From Escherichia coli (GTDB lineage: Bacteria > Pseudomonadota > Gammaproteobacteria > Enterobacterales > Enterobacteriaceae): a stretch of DNA of 64,000 nucleotides. Of the stretch, positions 21,901 through 34,492 are shown piece after piece (the first letter of the stretch is position 1; every line of letters starts with the position of its first letter). A program made the translations under genes and the position numbers. The notes below the pieces were generated by a model. It saw nothing but the letters and a program-made list of their open reading frames with translations, made no database searches and was not told the origin of the DNA. The DNA lies in assembly GCF_044647545.1 (NCBI RefSeq), contig NZ_CP172818.1. The stretch is one strand, 5' to 3'.

Positions 21901-23361
21901 GTTCAGTGTGCCGATACCGCTTGCTTTATCGCCCAAAAAAGTAATATTTTGCGATACGAACTTACCGCCATCGCTGATATTGAGGTTTCCGACGCCCGCA
22001 ACACCAATAGTGGTATAGACATTCTTATTGACCTCCCACATCCCCCCCGTGGTGATGCTAACCTTCCCGACGCCGGTTTCTCCATAACCGAGTGAGCTTC
22101 CTCCGTTGCTGACAACAAGCCCCTCATTACTGATATTCATTTCGCCGTGGCCGTCATAACCAAGATTAGTTCCGAGATTAGTGATAACGGAGTTCTTATC
22201 CTTAACAGTAATGTTGCCTGTGCCTGTTTCTTTCATCCCCGCAGTGATAATTCCCGAATCGACTTTGCCTTCACTAGAGACATTAAGTTCACCGTCGCCA
22301 GCATCACCGATATAGATATAGCGGAAAGCTTCGCCCGTTCCGAGGAAATTCCAATGCCCTTTATCGGTCACGTTGACGACACCGTGGGAACCGTCCTGAA
22401 CGCCCACCAATGAATATTCTTTGTTATTAATCAGTCCATTATTGGAAATATTGACTTTGCCATTACCGAAATATCCATTATAGAGTCTGCGTACCGTAAT
22501 GACAGAGTCTTGATCCTGCACATTCAGGGTTCCGATACCGGTGGCATTGCCACCGATAATCGTATTTTCAGCCGTAATTAGCCCACCCTCGCGAATAGTC
22601 GCTTCCCCAGTTCCTTGATTACCAATTTGAAATTCAATTGAGGAATCGTTATTTTTCATTAGCCACTCACCGCCCTTTTCAACGACAACCTGGCCATTAC
22701 TGCCCGCCTGATAGCCTAAAATGGCGACGATTGAACTCGTGACGTAACCCTTATCCGTAATATTTAATGAGCCCGTACCGTAACTCCCTATTTCGAATAA
22801 TTCGGTCGTCAAAACCGAGTCCTCTTCCTCAACATTAACCGTCCCGACGCCTGCAGCTTGAGTACCTAATCTTAAATAGCCTCCATCGACGTGACCCTTC
22901 TGTTTAATATTCAGCGTCCCCGTTCCGGATTGACCCACATTTAAAGGCCTTGCATTATTTCCGCTATCATACAATCGCCAGGTGCCACCCAAAACATTAA
23001 CGGTGCCCTCTGAGTCCTCATTAGCGCCAATGACGCTGGTAGTAATAGTGGTTAAGGAGGCATTACCGCCAGCCAAAATATTAAGCACTCCAGTGCCATA
23101 CCAGCCAACCAGGTAGGCATCATAAGCAACATTAGTATCAATATTGGTAATCTGATCATTATCAACTTCCAGACTTGCACCAGACGCTGAACCGCTTAGT
23201 GCCAGCAAAACACCCAGCGTCAATCTACTGAGTTTCGTTGTCAGTCCAGAGGATTTACGCAAATTAACCGTCGATGTTTTACCTACCCTGCGAGTTAATT
23301 CCGAGCAGACCTGAAATGCCTGTAGGGTGCAATTCCATATCACGCGATAGATTCTATTCAT
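18960..23361 (-). pseudogene. yneO: AIDA-I-like autotransporter adhesin, frameshifted (yneO/ydeK)
   Basis: 1300-aa passenger ORF with repetitive G/N/T-rich beta-helix repeats, plus two further ORF fragments (19134-19475, 19208-19492) carrying beta-barrel motifs; C-terminus ends ...VKYSW at 18960; at least two frame changes between 19134 and 19500. Confidence 0.8.
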
Positions 23362-23890
23362 ATAAACGCTCCATATACAAACAATACAGCCACGAAAGAG
23401 ATGAGTCGTCAGACATTAAAAATGAAACTTATTAAATTGTCAGAGGTCTGTATTGAGTGTTGGTTGGAGGTGGGAAGGTGTCAATTTGGCTAATTTGCTA
23501 ATACTTTCGAATTGATAGATTAAAAATTGCATAGTTCTTATTTTATTTAAAAATGAACCATGAGTTATTGTTGCTTAATAAGAAAAATATTTCTTTCAAT
23601 AAGAAAATTACCATCATCATATTTAACAAAGAATAGCACTAATTGCTAAAAAAGAACTCTATTAAAACTCTTTTTCATTCATTTATGCCTTTAGGAATAT
23701 TCGCTATAAAATAAGGGTTATGCTTAATGTTTTAAGAAAAATAGCAATTTTCCCTTGAATATAGTACTGGCGATGGAACGATGAATCTGCAAGCTGGCAT
23801 TTAACAAGCCAGTTCTAAAAGAAGGGAAATAAGAATAACTATACTCAAAAACTAACAGCCACGGTCATCATGATGTGGCTGTCAATGAAA

Positions 23891-25483
23891 CTATAACCCA
23901 GGCGCTTTCCATAACGACGTCGTCAGTCCATGATCAACCAGCCCCAGCTGATCCTGATAAACTGCCTGCCACTTATCGCGTGAATCCTGATAAAGTTCAT
24001 GCTTTTCTGGGTCTGGTGTGTGCGTCCGTTCCCAGCGAACCAGGCGTTCTCCGGTTTCTGCCATTGATGAAAAAATTCCGGCACCGACGCCAGCTGCAAT
24101 GGCACATCCTAATGCAGTGGCTTCTTTGACCACCGGAATATTGACGGGTAATCCCGAGACATCAGCGAGAATTTGACTCCATAATTTCCCTTTTGAACCT
24201 CCGCCTGCAAAGACTAGAGATGTGGGATGAATATTCGAAAAATCAGCAATTTGCTGCAAGTTACACGCTGATACAATCGCCGCATTTTCTTCCAGCGCAC
24301 GGAACAATGTCGCTTTGTTACATTTATCCGGGTCAATGGACAAGTTAATAAAGGAAGGCGCAGCGTGATACCAGGTTTTAAAGCGCATTCTGTCGGAGAA
24401 TATCGGCATTACGCCCCACGACCCAGGCGGCACACGACTTGCCATCTCTTCAAGCAGCGTATAGGTGTCGATGCCTAAACGTTCGGCAATCAGTTTTTCT
24501 TCGGCACAGAAAGCATCGCGGAACCAGCGCATGGTGAGTCCGGTAAAAAAGCTTATAGATTCAGCTTGTACCATGCCAGGAATAACATGGGGATTAACGC
24601 GCACGTTCATTTCTGGGTCTGTCACCGGCGCGGCTAAGTTTACAACTTGCTGCCAGAATGTACCGCCAAGAACCGCGGTTTGTGCCGGACGGACAACGCC
24701 TAACCCCAGGCAACCAAGCTGCACGTCACCTCCTCCAACGACCACCGGAGTGCCCGCCTTCAGACCGCAGAGTTCCGCCGCTTGTGAACTTACCACGCCC
24801 AGCAATGTGCCGGTTTCTTTGACAGGAGAAAGAATATCGGCCCGCAGTCCGGCCATATCCAGCAATGCAGGTTTCCAGTCACGGGTGGTTAGATCAAGAA
24901 GTCCCGTGGTGCCAGCGTTAGAGGGATCCACCGCCAGTTCGCCGCTGAGCATATAGGCCAGCCAGTCGCTGATCATGGTGATGGTCGACGCCTGTCGGTA
25001 GATATCGGAACGATGGTGCGCCAGCCAAAGTAATCTGGGGATGGCGCTTAAAGCCAGCGTTTGCCCGGTCGCTCGATAAACTTTGTTTTCAAAGGTATTG
25101 TTGTGCAGTTCTTTAAGTTCGCTAACTTCGCGCGCCGCTCTGGCATCCACATTGGCGCAGGCCCAGATCGGTGTTCCATCATTGTTATATAAAACAATGC
25201 CTTCACGCATCGAACATGCCGAAACGGCAGCGATATACTCCGGGGCTATGCCGGCGTTGTGCAGCGCCTGGCGCATACACTCACACGCCAGTTGCCAGTT
25301 TTTGTTGAGATCAAATTCCATAGAACCAGGAACGTCCGGTACTGCCAGGTGCCGCCACTCCGCCTGTCTCACGGCTATTTGATTGCCTTCCAGGTCGAAT
25401 ATCACAGCCCGAATACTTCCGGTACCTGCATCCAGCGCCATCAGGTAATACTTTGATTCTGAAGGGGTAAAGAGTCGAGCCAT
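23891..25483 (-). CDS. lsrK: autoinducer-2 kinase LsrK, 530 aa
   Basis: FGGY-family carbohydrate kinase-like 530-aa ORF adjacent to and co-oriented with lsrR, divergent from lsrACDBFG. Confidence 0.9.
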   Translation of the reverse strand: MARLFTPSESKYYLMALDAGTGSIRAVIFDLEGNQIAVRQAEWRHLAVPDVPGSMEFDLNKNWQLACECMRQALHNAGIAPEYIAAVSACSMREGIVLYNNDGTPIWACANVDARAAREVSELKELHNNTFENKVYRATGQTLALSAIPRLLWLAHHRSDIYRQASTITMISDWLAYMLSGELAVDPSNAGTTGLLDLTTRDWKPALLDMAGLRADILSPVKETGTLLGVVSSQAAELCGLKAGTPVVVGGGDVQLGCLGLGVVRPAQTAVLGGTFWQQVVNLAAPVTDPEMNVRVNPHVIPGMVQAESISFFTGLTMRWFRDAFCAEEKLIAERLGIDTYTLLEEMASRVPPGSWGVMPIFSDRMRFKTWYHAAPSFINLSIDPDKCNKATLFRALEENAAIVSACNLQQIADFSNIHPTSLVFAGGGSKGKLWSQILADVSGLPVNIPVVKEATALGCAIAAGVGAGIFSSMAETGERLVRWERTHTPDPEKHELYQDSRDKWQAVYQDQLGLVDHGLTTSLWKAPGL

Positions 25484-25561
25484 TAGATTATCCTCGGCTT
25501 ATGCGTTCTGTCTGTTCCTCTATACGTTCTCCATCATTCCCGGTAATAAGGTCATGCAAAT

Positions 25562-26515
25562 TTAACTACGTAAAATCGCCGCTGCTGTATCCTGATCGGT
25601 AACCAGTGCGTTGATATAACCGCCTTTCATTGCAGCGGCAATTGCTTCGGCTTTATTTTCTCCCCCTGCCACGCCAACCCGGACGGGTATGGTCTTCAGC
25701 GCGCTTAAAGGTAAGCCAATCAGTTCGTTATGTATTTTAATATCCGTGACAACGTCACCTTTTGCATCAAAAAAGTAGCCTAAAATGTCGCCAACCGCCC
25801 CTTTTCGACCAATCATTAACTGTTCGCCCTGGCTGATATAGCCGGAGCGAATGATTGTTGCGTCGTCTTGTTGACTCACAGCCCCAATGCCGACAATCGC
25901 CACATCCGCTGCTTGCGCGGCTAGCAGAACATCTTTGACGCAATTTTCATTTTTTAACGTACGGGCAATGTCAGCGGAGGATGCCCGCAACGGAGCCGGA
26001 ATAATATTCACACTGCACGCCGCGTTAAGCTGCCCGATACCCGTCATATAAGAACCGACTCCACCGGAGAGCGTGACCAGGCGAATTTGCTGTGACGAAA
26101 TAAAACCACTTAAGCGTTGCAGCGTATTCATGGTTGCCTCGCCAAAACCAATCGCCAGCATCTGTTGTGGTTGAAGTAAACTCATCAACATATGCGCCGC
26201 GCCTATCCCTAGTCGCCCGCCGACATCAGCATCCGCAAGCCCTGGGATCACCCGGACATGTTGCAGCGAAAACTGACGACGTAATTGTGTTTCATATTCC
26301 AGACAGCCTTCAAAGCGAGAATTAATCTGTACGCGAATAATGCCGGATTGATGCCCTTTCTCCAGTAATCGCGACACTTTCAAACGGGTCAGGCCGAGAC
26401 GATCGCTGATCTCACTCTGGGTCAGCCCGTCATGGTAGTAAAACCACGCAATCCGCGCGACCTGTTCTTCTTCACACATTCCCTGTTCTGAAATTACCGA
26501 ATCGTTGATTGTCAT
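25562..26515 (-). CDS. lsrR: lsr operon repressor LsrR (SorC family), 317 aa
   Basis: N-terminal HTH and SorC-type sugar-phosphate-binding domain; divergent from lsrA. Confidence 0.9.
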   Translation of the reverse strand: MTINDSVISEQGMCEEEQVARIAWFYYHDGLTQSEISDRLGLTRLKVSRLLEKGHQSGIIRVQINSRFEGCLEYETQLRRQFSLQHVRVIPGLADADVGGRLGIGAAHMLMSLLQPQQMLAIGFGEATMNTLQRLSGFISSQQIRLVTLSGGVGSYMTGIGQLNAACSVNIIPAPLRASSADIARTLKNENCVKDVLLAAQAADVAIVGIGAVSQQDDATIIRSGYISQGEQLMIGRKGAVGDILGYFFDAKGDVVTDIKIHNELIGLPLSALKTIPVRVGVAGGENKAEAIAAAMKGGYINALVTDQDTAAAILRS

Positions 26516-26763
26516 AATTCATTCTTCACTTTGAACATACTTAAATCTTTAATGCAATTGTTCAGTTCTTGCGCATTTATATCTGTGATGGCAACCACAG
26601 TTTGACTCTATGAGTATGAACAAACGCAACCGTGAAAATCAAAATAGCATAAATTGTGATCTATTCGTCGGAAATATGTGCAATGTCCACCTAAGGTTAT
26701 GAACAAATTAAAAGCAGAAATACATTTGTTCAAAACTCACCTGCAAAACTGAACGGGGGAAAT
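26516..26763. promoter_or_regulatory. divergent lsrR / lsrA promoter-operator region
   Basis: 248-bp AT-rich intergenic region between divergently transcribed lsrR and lsrA; known site of LsrR and CRP control in K-12 (established knowledge, individual sites not mapped here). Confidence 0.6.
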
Positions 26764-28299
26764 ATGCAAACGAGTGATACCCGCGCGTTACCGCTACTTT
26801 GCGCCCGCTCGGTTTATAAACAGTATTCAGGAGTTAATGTCCTGAAAGGCATCGATTTTACGTTGCATCAGGGGGAGGTCCACGCCCTGCTCGGCGGCAA
26901 TGGTGCCGGTAAATCGACGTTAATGAAGATTATTGCCGGTATTACCCCTGCTGATAGCGGTACGCTGGAGATTGGGGGCAACAACTACGTCAGATTAACG
27001 CCAGTTCATGCTCATCAGCTGGGCATTTATCTCGTTCCCCAGGAACCGCTGCTTTTTCCAAGCCTGTCGATAAAAGAAAACATCCTGTTTGGTCTGGCAA
27101 AAAAACAACTCTCCATACAGAAAATGAATAACTTGCTGGCGGCGCTGGGCTGCCAGTTTGATCTGCATAGTCTGGCAGGATCGCTGGATGTCGCCGATCG
27201 CCAAATGGTGGAAATCCTCCGCGGGCTGATGCGCGATTCGCGAATTCTGATCCTCGATGAACCTACCGCCTCGCTTACTCCCGCCGAAACCGAACGTTTG
27301 TTTATTCGCTTGCGGGAGTTGCTTGCTACTGGCGTGGGTATTGTTTTTATCTCGCATAAGCTGCCGGAAATTCGCCAGATTGCCGACCGAATTAGCGTGA
27401 TGCGCGACGGAACCATCGCCTTAAGCGGCAAAACCAGCGAACTGTCTACCGACGACATTATTCAGGCCATTACGCCAGCGCTACGGGAAAAATCGCTCTC
27501 TGCCAGCCAAAAATTATGGCTGGAATTACCTGGCAACCGCCCACAACATGCCGCGGGAACGCCGGTGCTGACACTGGAAAATCTGACCGGCGAAGGTTTC
27601 AGGAATGTCAGCCTGACGCTCAATGCCGGAGAAATTCTGGGCCTGGCTGGGCTGGTGGGAGCCGGACGCACAGAACTGGCCGAGACGCTCTATGGTCTGC
27701 GTACTTTGCGTGGCGGACGCATTATGCTGAATGGTAAAGAGATCAATAGATTATCCACCGGAGAACGTTTACTGCGCGGTCTGGTTTATCTGCCGGAAGA
27801 TCGCCAGTCATCCGGACTTAATCTCGATGCTTCACTGGCGTGGAACGTCTGCGCCCTTACTCATAACCTTCGTGGATTCTGGGCGAAAACCGCGAAAGAT
27901 AACGCCACACTGGAACGTTATCGTCGGGCGCTGAATATTAAATTTAACCAACCGGAACAAGCTGCGCGGACCTTATCCGGCGGCAACCAGCAAAAAATCC
28001 TGATTGCCAAATGTCTGGAAGCTTCGCCGCAAGTTTTGATTGTCGATGAGCCGACGCGCGGCGTGGATGTCTCGGCGCGTAATGATATCTACCAACTGTT
28101 GCGCAGCATCGCCGCACAAAATGTGGCTGTGCTGCTTATCTCCTCTGATCTGGAAGAGATCGAACTGATGGCAGATCGCGTGTATGTGATGCATCAGGGC
28201 GAAATTGCCCACTCTGCACTGACCGGACGCGATATTAATGTCGAGACCATTATGCGCGTTGCCTTCGGAGATAGTCAGCGTCAGGAGGCGTCATGCTGA
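26764..28299 (+). CDS. lsrA: AI-2 ABC transporter ATP-binding protein LsrA, 511 aa
   Basis: Two ABC ATPase domains (Walker [10 protein letters not shown]; signature LSGGNQQK). Confidence 0.9.
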
Positions 28300-29321
28300 A
28301 ATTTATTCAGAACAACCGTGAAATCACGGCACTGCTGGCGGTGGTGCTGCTGTTTGTATTACCCGGTTTTCTCGACCGTCAGTATTTAAGTGTGCAAACG
28401 CTGACCATGGTTTATAGCAGCGCGCAAATCCTGATCCTGCTGGCAATGGGCGCGACGCTGGTAATGCTTACGCGCAATATTGATGTTTCAGTGGGTTCGA
28501 TTACCGGAATGTGCGCGGTGCTGTTGGGGATGTTACTGAACGCGGGGTATTCACTACCTGTTGCTTGTGTCGCGACTTTACTGCTTGGTTTGCTCGCGGG
28601 ATTTTTCAACGGTGTCCTGGTCGCGTGGCTAAAGATCCCTGCCATTGTTGCCACCCTTGGCACGTTAGGGTTGTACAGAGGCATCATGTTGCTGTGGACT
28701 GGCGGTAAATGGATTGAGGGATTACCCACCGAACTGAAACAACTCTCCGCCCCGCTGCTGTTTGGCGTTTCCGCGATTGGTTGGTTGACGATAATTCTGG
28801 TGGCATTTATGGCCTGGCTGCTGGCAAAGACGGCGTTTGGACGCAGTTTTTATGTCACGGGCGATAATTTACAGGGCGCTCGTCAACTGGGCGTTCGTAC
28901 GGAAGCCATTCGCATTGTGGCATTTTCGTTGAACGGCTGCATGGCGGCACTGGCGGGAATTGTGTTTGCTTCGCAGATTGGTTTTATCCCCAACCAGACC
29001 GGTACCGGGCTGGAGATGAAAGCAATTGCAGCCTGCGTGCTGGGCGGCATTAGTTTGCTCGGCGGTTCCGGCGCGATCATCGGTGCGGTACTCGGCGCAT
29101 GGTTCCTGACGCAGATCGATAGTGTACTGGTGCTGTTGCGCATTCCGGCATGGTGGAATGATTTTATCGCGGGCATGGTTCTGCTGGCGGTGCTGGTGTT
29201 TGATGGACGCCTGCGTTGTGCGCTGGAACGTAATCTGCGGCGGCAAAAATATGCCCGCTTTATGATGCCACCGCCATCCGTTAAACCCGCTTCGTCAGGT
29301 AAAAAACGGGAGGCCGCGTAA
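28293..29321 (+). CDS. lsrC: AI-2 ABC transporter permease LsrC, 342 aa
   Basis: Polytopic membrane ORF overlapping lsrA stop; synteny. Confidence 0.9.
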
Positions 29322-30313
29322 TGCGTATTCGCTACGGTTGGGAACTGGCTCTTGCCGCACTGCTCGTTATTGAGATTGTTGCATTTGGTGCAATTAACCC
29401 GCGGATGTTAGATCTCAATATGTTGCTGTTCAGCACCAGTGACTTTATCTGCATTGGCATTGTCGCCCTACCGCTGACGATGGTGATTGTCAGTGGTGGG
29501 ATCGATATTTCGTTTGGTTCGACCATCGGCCTCTGCGCCATTGCATTGGGCGTACTGTTTCAAAGTGGTGTGCCGATGCCGCTGGCGATTCTTCTGACCT
29601 TACTGCTCGGCGCATTGTGCGGGTTGATCAACGCCGGATTAATTATCTATACCAAAGTTAACCCGCTGGTGATTACGCTTGGCACGCTGTATCTGTTTGC
29701 CGGAAGCGCCCTGCTGCTTTCCGGGATGGCCGGAGCGACGGGGTACGAAGGTATTGGTGGATTCCCGATGGCGTTTACAGATTTCGCTAACCTGGATGTG
29801 CTGGGACTCCCCGTTCCGCTGATTATCTTCCTGATATGTCTCCTCGTTTTCTGGCTCTGGCTGCATAAAACCCATGCCGGACGTAACGTGTTTTTAATTG
29901 GGCAAAGCCCGCGTGTGGCGGTTTATAGCGCGATTCCAGTTAACCGCACCTTGTGTGCGCTCTATGCCATGACGGGGCTGGCGTCTGCGGTCGCCGCTGT
30001 GCTGCTGGTATCGTATTTTGGTTCAGCACGTTCCGATCTCGGTGCGTCGTTTCTGATGCCCGCCATCACCGCCGTAGTGCTCGGCGGTGCCAATATTTAT
30101 GGTGGTTCTGGTTCCATTATCGGCACCGCCATAGCGGTTTTATTAGTGGGATATTTGCAACAAGGTTTGCAAATGGCAGGAGTGCCAAATCAGGTGTCCA
30201 GCGCCCTTTCCGGTGCGCTACTTATCGTCGTTGTCGTAGGTCGTTCCGTTAGCCTGCATCGCCAGCAAATTAAAGAGTGGCTGGCGCGTCGGGCCAATAA
30301 CCCATTGCCATAA
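29321..30313 (+). CDS. lsrD: AI-2 ABC transporter permease LsrD, 330 aa
   Basis: Polytopic membrane ORF, start overlaps lsrC stop; synteny. Confidence 0.9.
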   Translation: MRIRYGWELALAALLVIEIVAFGAINPRMLDLNMLLFSTSDFICIGIVALPLTMVIVSGGIDISFGSTIGLCAIALGVLFQSGVPMPLAILLTLLLGALCGLINAGLIIYTKVNPLVITLGTLYLFAGSALLLSGMAGATGYEGIGGFPMAFTDFANLDVLGLPVPLIIFLICLLVFWLWLHKTHAGRNVFLIGQSPRVAVYSAIPVNRTLCALYAMTGLASAVAAVLLVSYFGSARSDLGASFLMPAITAVVLGGANIYGGSGSIIGTAIAVLLVGYLQQGLQMAGVPNQVSSALSGALLIVVVVGRSVSLHRQQIKEWLARRANNPLP

Positions 30314-30324
30314 AGGATATCTTC

Positions 30325-31347
30325 ATGACACTTCATCGCTTTAAGAAAATCGCCTTACTTAGCGCGCTTGGCATTGCCGTAATCTCTATGAATGTGCAGG
30401 CGGCAGAGCGTATTGCATTTATTCCCAAACTGGTTGGCGTGGGATTTTTTACCAGCGGTGGCAACGGCGCACAACAAGCGGGTAAAGAGCTGGGCGTTGA
30501 TGTGACCTACGACGGGCCGACAGAACCCAGTGTTTCTGGTCAGGTACAGTTGATTAATAACTTCGTCAATCAGGGTTATAACGCCATTATCGTTTCTGCG
30601 GTTTCGCCTGATGGCTTGTGTCCGGCACTGAAACGCGCCATGCAACGTGGTGTGAGAGTGCTGACCTGGGACTCTGATACTAAACCGGAGTGCCGCTCTT
30701 ACTACATTAATCAGGGAACGCCCGCCCAGTTGGGAGGTATGTTGGTGGATATGGCGGCGCGTCAGGTGAATAAAGACAAAGCCAAAGTCGCGTTTTTCTA
30801 CTCAAGCCCCACCGTTACGGACCAAAACCAGTGGGTGAAAGAAGCGAAAGCGAAAATCGCCAAAGAGCATCCAGGCTGGGAAATTGTCACTACGCAGTTT
30901 GGCTATAACGATGCCACTAAATCGTTACAAACCGCAGAAGGAATATTAAAAGCCTATAGCGATCTCGACGCCATTATCGCCCCCGATGCCAATGCCCTGC
31001 CCGCTGCCGCACAAGCCGCAGAAAACCTGAAAAATGACAAAGTTGCGATTGTCGGATTCAGTACGCCAAACGTGATGCGTCCATATGTGGAACGCGGCAC
31101 GGTGAAAGAATTTGGCCTGTGGGATGTGGTTCAGCAAGGCAAAATTTCAGTTTATGTCGCGGATGCATTATTGAAAAAAGGATCAATGAAAACGGGCGAC
31201 AAGCTGGATATCCAGGGCGTAGGTCAGGTGGAAGTCTCGCCAAACAGCGTTCAGGGCTATGACTACGAAGCGGATGGTAATGGCATCGTACTGTTACCGG
31301 AGCGCGTGATATTCAACAAAGAGAATATCGGCAAATACGATTTCTGA
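30325..31347 (+). CDS. lsrB: AI-2 periplasmic binding protein LsrB, 340 aa
   Basis: Signal peptide plus periplasmic sugar-binding-protein fold length; synteny. Confidence 0.9.
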   Translation: MTLHRFKKIALLSALGIAVISMNVQAAERIAFIPKLVGVGFFTSGGNGAQQAGKELGVDVTYDGPTEPSVSGQVQLINNFVNQGYNAIIVSAVSPDGLCPALKRAMQRGVRVLTWDSDTKPECRSYYINQGTPAQLGGMLVDMAARQVNKDKAKVAFFYSSPTVTDQNQWVKEAKAKIAKEHPGWEIVTTQFGYNDATKSLQTAEGILKAYSDLDAIIAPDANALPAAAQAAENLKNDKVAIVGFSTPNVMRPYVERGTVKEFGLWDVVQQGKISVYVADALLKKGSMKTGDKLDIQGVGQVEVSPNSVQGYDYEADGNGIVLLPERVIFNKENIGKYDF

Positions 31348-31373
31348 TGTGCATTACTTAACCGGAGTACGTT

Positions 31374-32249
31374 ATGGCAGATTTAGACGATATTAAAGAT
31401 GGTAAAGATTTTCGTACCGATCAACCGCAACAAAATATCCCTTTTATCCTGAAAGGTTGCGGTGCACTGGATTGGGGAATGCAGTCACGCTTATCGCGGA
31501 TATTTGATCCGAAAACGGGTAAAACCGTGATGCTGGCCTTTGATCATGGTTATTTTCAGGGGCCGACTACCGGACTTGAACGCATTGATATAAATATCGC
31601 CCCGCTGTTTGAACATGCAGATGTATTAATGTGTACGCGCGGCATTTTGCGCAGCGTAGTTCCCCCGGCGACCAATAAGCCGGTGGTACTGCGGGCGTCA
31701 GGTGCGAACTCTATTCTGGCGGAATTAAGTAATGAAGCCGTGGCGTTATCGATGGATGACGCCGTGCGCCTGAACAGTTGCGCGGTGGCGGCGCAGGTTT
31801 ATATCGGCAGCGAATATGAACATCAGTCGATCAAAAATATTATTCAGCTGGTCGATGCCGGAATGAAAGTGGGAATGCCGACCATGGCCGTGACAGGCGT
31901 GGGCAAAGATATGGTGCGCGATCAACGTTATTTCTCGCTCGCGACTCGAATCGCCGCTGAAATGGGGGCGCAGATTATCAAAACTTATTATGTCGATAAA
32001 GGTTTTGAACGGATTGTTGCCGGATGTCCGGTACCCATTGTTATTGCTGGCGGTAAAAAGTTACCGGAGCGCGAGGCGCTGGAAATGTGCTGGCAGGCTA
32101 TCGATCAGGGCGCTTCTGGTGTGGATATGGGACGTAATATTTTCCAGTCTGACCATCCGGTGGCGATGATGAAAGCCGTACAGGCGGTGGTACACCATAA
32201 CGAAACGGCTGATCGGGCATATGAACTCTATCTGAGTGAAAAACAGTAA
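31374..32249 (+). CDS. lsrF: 3-hydroxy-2,4-pentanedione-5-phosphate thiolase LsrF (aldolase-like), 291 aa
   Basis: Class I aldolase-like ORF following lsrB. Confidence 0.85.
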   Translation: MADLDDIKDGKDFRTDQPQQNIPFILKGCGALDWGMQSRLSRIFDPKTGKTVMLAFDHGYFQGPTTGLERIDINIAPLFEHADVLMCTRGILRSVVPPATNKPVVLRASGANSILAELSNEAVALSMDDAVRLNSCAVAAQVYIGSEYEHQSIKNIIQLVDAGMKVGMPTMAVTGVGKDMVRDQRYFSLATRIAAEMGAQIIKTYYVDKGFERIVAGCPVPIVIAGGKKLPEREALEMCWQAIDQGASGVDMGRNIFQSDHPVAMMKAVQAVVHHNETADRAYELYLSEKQ

Positions 32250-32272
32250 CTGCGGATTTAAGGAGAAGAATT

Positions 32273-32563
32273 ATGCACGTCACACTGGTTGAAATTAACG
32301 TTCATGAAGACAAGGTTGACGAGTTTATCGAAGTTTTTCGCCAGAACCACCTGGGCTCGGTACAGGAAGAAGGCAATTTGCGCTTCGATGTCTTACAGGA
32401 CCCGGAAGTGAATTCGCGCTTTTATATCTACGAAGCTTATAAAGATGAAGACGCAGTGGCGTTCCATAAAACCACGCCCCACTACAAAACCTGTGTCGCA
32501 AAACTGGAAGCTTTAATGACCGGGCCGCGTAAAAAACGTCTGTTCAATGGATTGATGCCGTGA
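32273..32563 (+). CDS. lsrG: phospho-AI-2 isomerase LsrG, 96 aa
   Basis: 96-aa ORF (antibiotic-biosynthesis-monooxygenase-like size) at end of lsr operon. Confidence 0.85.
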   Translation: MHVTLVEINVHEDKVDEFIEVFRQNHLGSVQEEGNLRFDVLQDPEVNSRFYIYEAYKDEDAVAFHKTTPHYKTCVAKLEALMTGPRKKRLFNGLMP

Positions 32564-32619
32564 GGCGAATTTATCAGTTTTATCTACACTAGGGGTAACG
32601 CGCTGACGGGAGTAAAAAT

Positions 32620-33378
32620 ATGTCTGACTGGAACCCCTCTTTATATCTGCACTTTGCCGCTGAACGATCGCGTCCGGCGATGGAGCTGCTTGCCAGAGTG
32701 CCGCTGGAGAATATCGAATACGTTGCCGATCTTGGCTGTGGCCCAGGTAACAGCACCGCACTGCTGCATCAACGTTGGCCTGCTGCCAGAATAACGGGCA
32801 TCGACTCGTCTCCGGCGATGATTGCTGAAGCGCGCAGTGCTTTGCCAGACTGCCAGTTCGTGGAAGCAGACATCCGCAACTGGCAACCGGAACAGGCACT
32901 CGATCTGATTTTTGCTAATGCCTCACTGCAATGGCTGCCCGCCCACTACGAATTGTTCCCTCATCTGGTTTCTTTACTTAATTCGCATGGTGTGTTGGCA
33001 GTACAGATGCCAGATAACTGGCTAGAGCCAACCCATGTGCTCATGCGCGAAGTCGCCTGGGAACAAAATTATCCGGATCGCGGGCGTGAGCCGCTGGCTG
33101 GCGTTCATGCTTACTACGATATTTTGAGCGAAGCCGGATGTGAGGTCGATATCTGGCGAACCACTTACTATCACCAGATGCCGTCGCACCAGGCGATTAT
33201 CGATTGGGTGACCGCCACTGGATTACGTCCGTGGTTACAGGATCTGACCGAGAGCGAACAGCAGCATTTTCTTACGCGCTACCATCAGATGCTGGAAGAG
33301 CAGTATCCACTGCAAGAGAACGGAGAGATACTGCTGGCATTTCCGCGTCTGTTTATTGTTGCCCGGCGTACGGAGTAA
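32620..33378 (+). CDS. tam: trans-aconitate 2-methyltransferase Tam, 252 aa
   Basis: SAM-methyltransferase motif ([12 protein letters not shown]); synteny after lsrG. Confidence 0.85.
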   Translation: MSDWNPSLYLHFAAERSRPAMELLARVPLENIEYVADLGCGPGNSTALLHQRWPAARITGIDSSPAMIAEARSALPDCQFVEADIRNWQPEQALDLIFANASLQWLPAHYELFPHLVSLLNSHGVLAVQMPDNWLEPTHVLMREVAWEQNYPDRGREPLAGVHAYYDILSEAGCEVDIWRTTYYHQMPSHQAIIDWVTATGLRPWLQDLTESEQQHFLTRYHQMLEEQYPLQENGEILLAFPRLFIVARRTE

Positions 33379-33381
33379 ATA

Positions 33382-34296
33382 TTACGTCAGCTGGTAATGA
33401 CGATCGGGAAGAATTTTTGCTGGAATTTCTGCTTCATCGTTCATCTGTAACAGGTCAATTTCAATAGCGTTGCAGATGGCATCCAGCGGTAAATCATTGT
33501 TTTCAATACCGAAGGGATCTTCCAGTTCTTCCGCCAGACAATCCAGCGAAATAAAAGTGTAGGAAATCAGCACAGAGATAAAAGGCGTCATGTAATGCAG
33601 ATCCACGACCAGCGCGAACGGCAGCATGATACAAAACAGATAAACGGTACGATGCAAAATCAGGGTGTAGGCAAAGGGAATTGGCGTATAGGCAATGCGC
33701 TCGCAGCCTGCCAGAACCGCTGAAATATCGTTAAGCCGATCGTTGAGGCTAATAAACAGGATATCTGAAAGCTGCCCATTGCGGCGCTGAACCGCCAACC
33801 ACTCCCCCATTATTAACAAGATACGGTTAGCTGGAGAGTTCGAAGTCAGTACACGCTGAAGATCTTCCGTCTTGAGATATTGAGCCAGCACTTCCGCCTG
33901 TGGTTGTTTGCGTAATGTCATGCGTAAACAGTGAGCGAAGGCGATTTGCAGCCGGGCAAACTCCCTTACACTTGCCGAATCCGGCAATGTCGTTTTTACC
34001 TCGCGCAGTAACGACCGTGAGGCAATCATCAACTGCCCCCAAAGTTTTCGCGCTTCAACGTAACGGGCGTAACCGGCATTATTACGAAAACCAAGAAAAA
34101 TGGCGATGGCGACACCGAGAATGCTGAACGGTGCGAGGGTGAATTTGATGCCCAGATGCGTGTACCAGGGCAGCATGAAAATAACAGCGATAGAAAAGAG
34201 AAAATTGAGTAGTAAACGCGAGGATATCTTGGATAATACTGAGCCGTGCCAGACAAAAATACGGCGCAGCCAGTGTTGTTGTGGACGAACAATCAT
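33382..34296 (-). CDS. yneE: bestrophin-family membrane protein YneE, 304 aa
   Basis: ORF track 321 aa; trimmed to MIVRPQQHWLRRIF start (304 aa); multi-pass membrane protein. Confidence 0.75.
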   Translation of the reverse strand: MIVRPQQHWLRRIFVWHGSVLSKISSRLLLNFLFSIAVIFMLPWYTHLGIKFTLAPFSILGVAIAIFLGFRNNAGYARYVEARKLWGQLMIASRSLLREVKTTLPDSASVREFARLQIAFAHCLRMTLRKQPQAEVLAQYLKTEDLQRVLTSNSPANRILLIMGEWLAVQRRNGQLSDILFISLNDRLNDISAVLAGCERIAYTPIPFAYTLILHRTVYLFCIMLPFALVVDLHYMTPFISVLISYTFISLDCLAEELEDPFGIENNDLPLDAICNAIEIDLLQMNDEAEIPAKILPDRHYQLT

Positions 34297-34492
34297 GGTT
34301 ATCTTCAGGCGTGGAAAAGTCGCCCTATTAAACGTGATTACGATCACATTCTCAAGACACTACTTACAAATTACCTACAAGCTTACAACATTAACAGGTG
34401 CTGCATGTAGCACCTGTTAATGATAAAGGCACATAGGATGTTGTAACTAATATAGTGAAATAAGAAACCCGGTCGAAACCGGGTTCAGAGTA

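Noticed and set aside
19568-22413. Multiple 60-150-aa ORFs on the plus strand within the autotransporter region
   Set aside because: Shadow ORFs antisense to a long repetitive gene; Ser/Pro/Leu-rich translations typical of antisense frames.
26995-29875. Minus-strand ORFs overlapping lsrA, lsrC and lsrD
   Set aside because: Antisense shadow ORFs in GC-rich coding sequence; Arg/Ser-rich, no domains.
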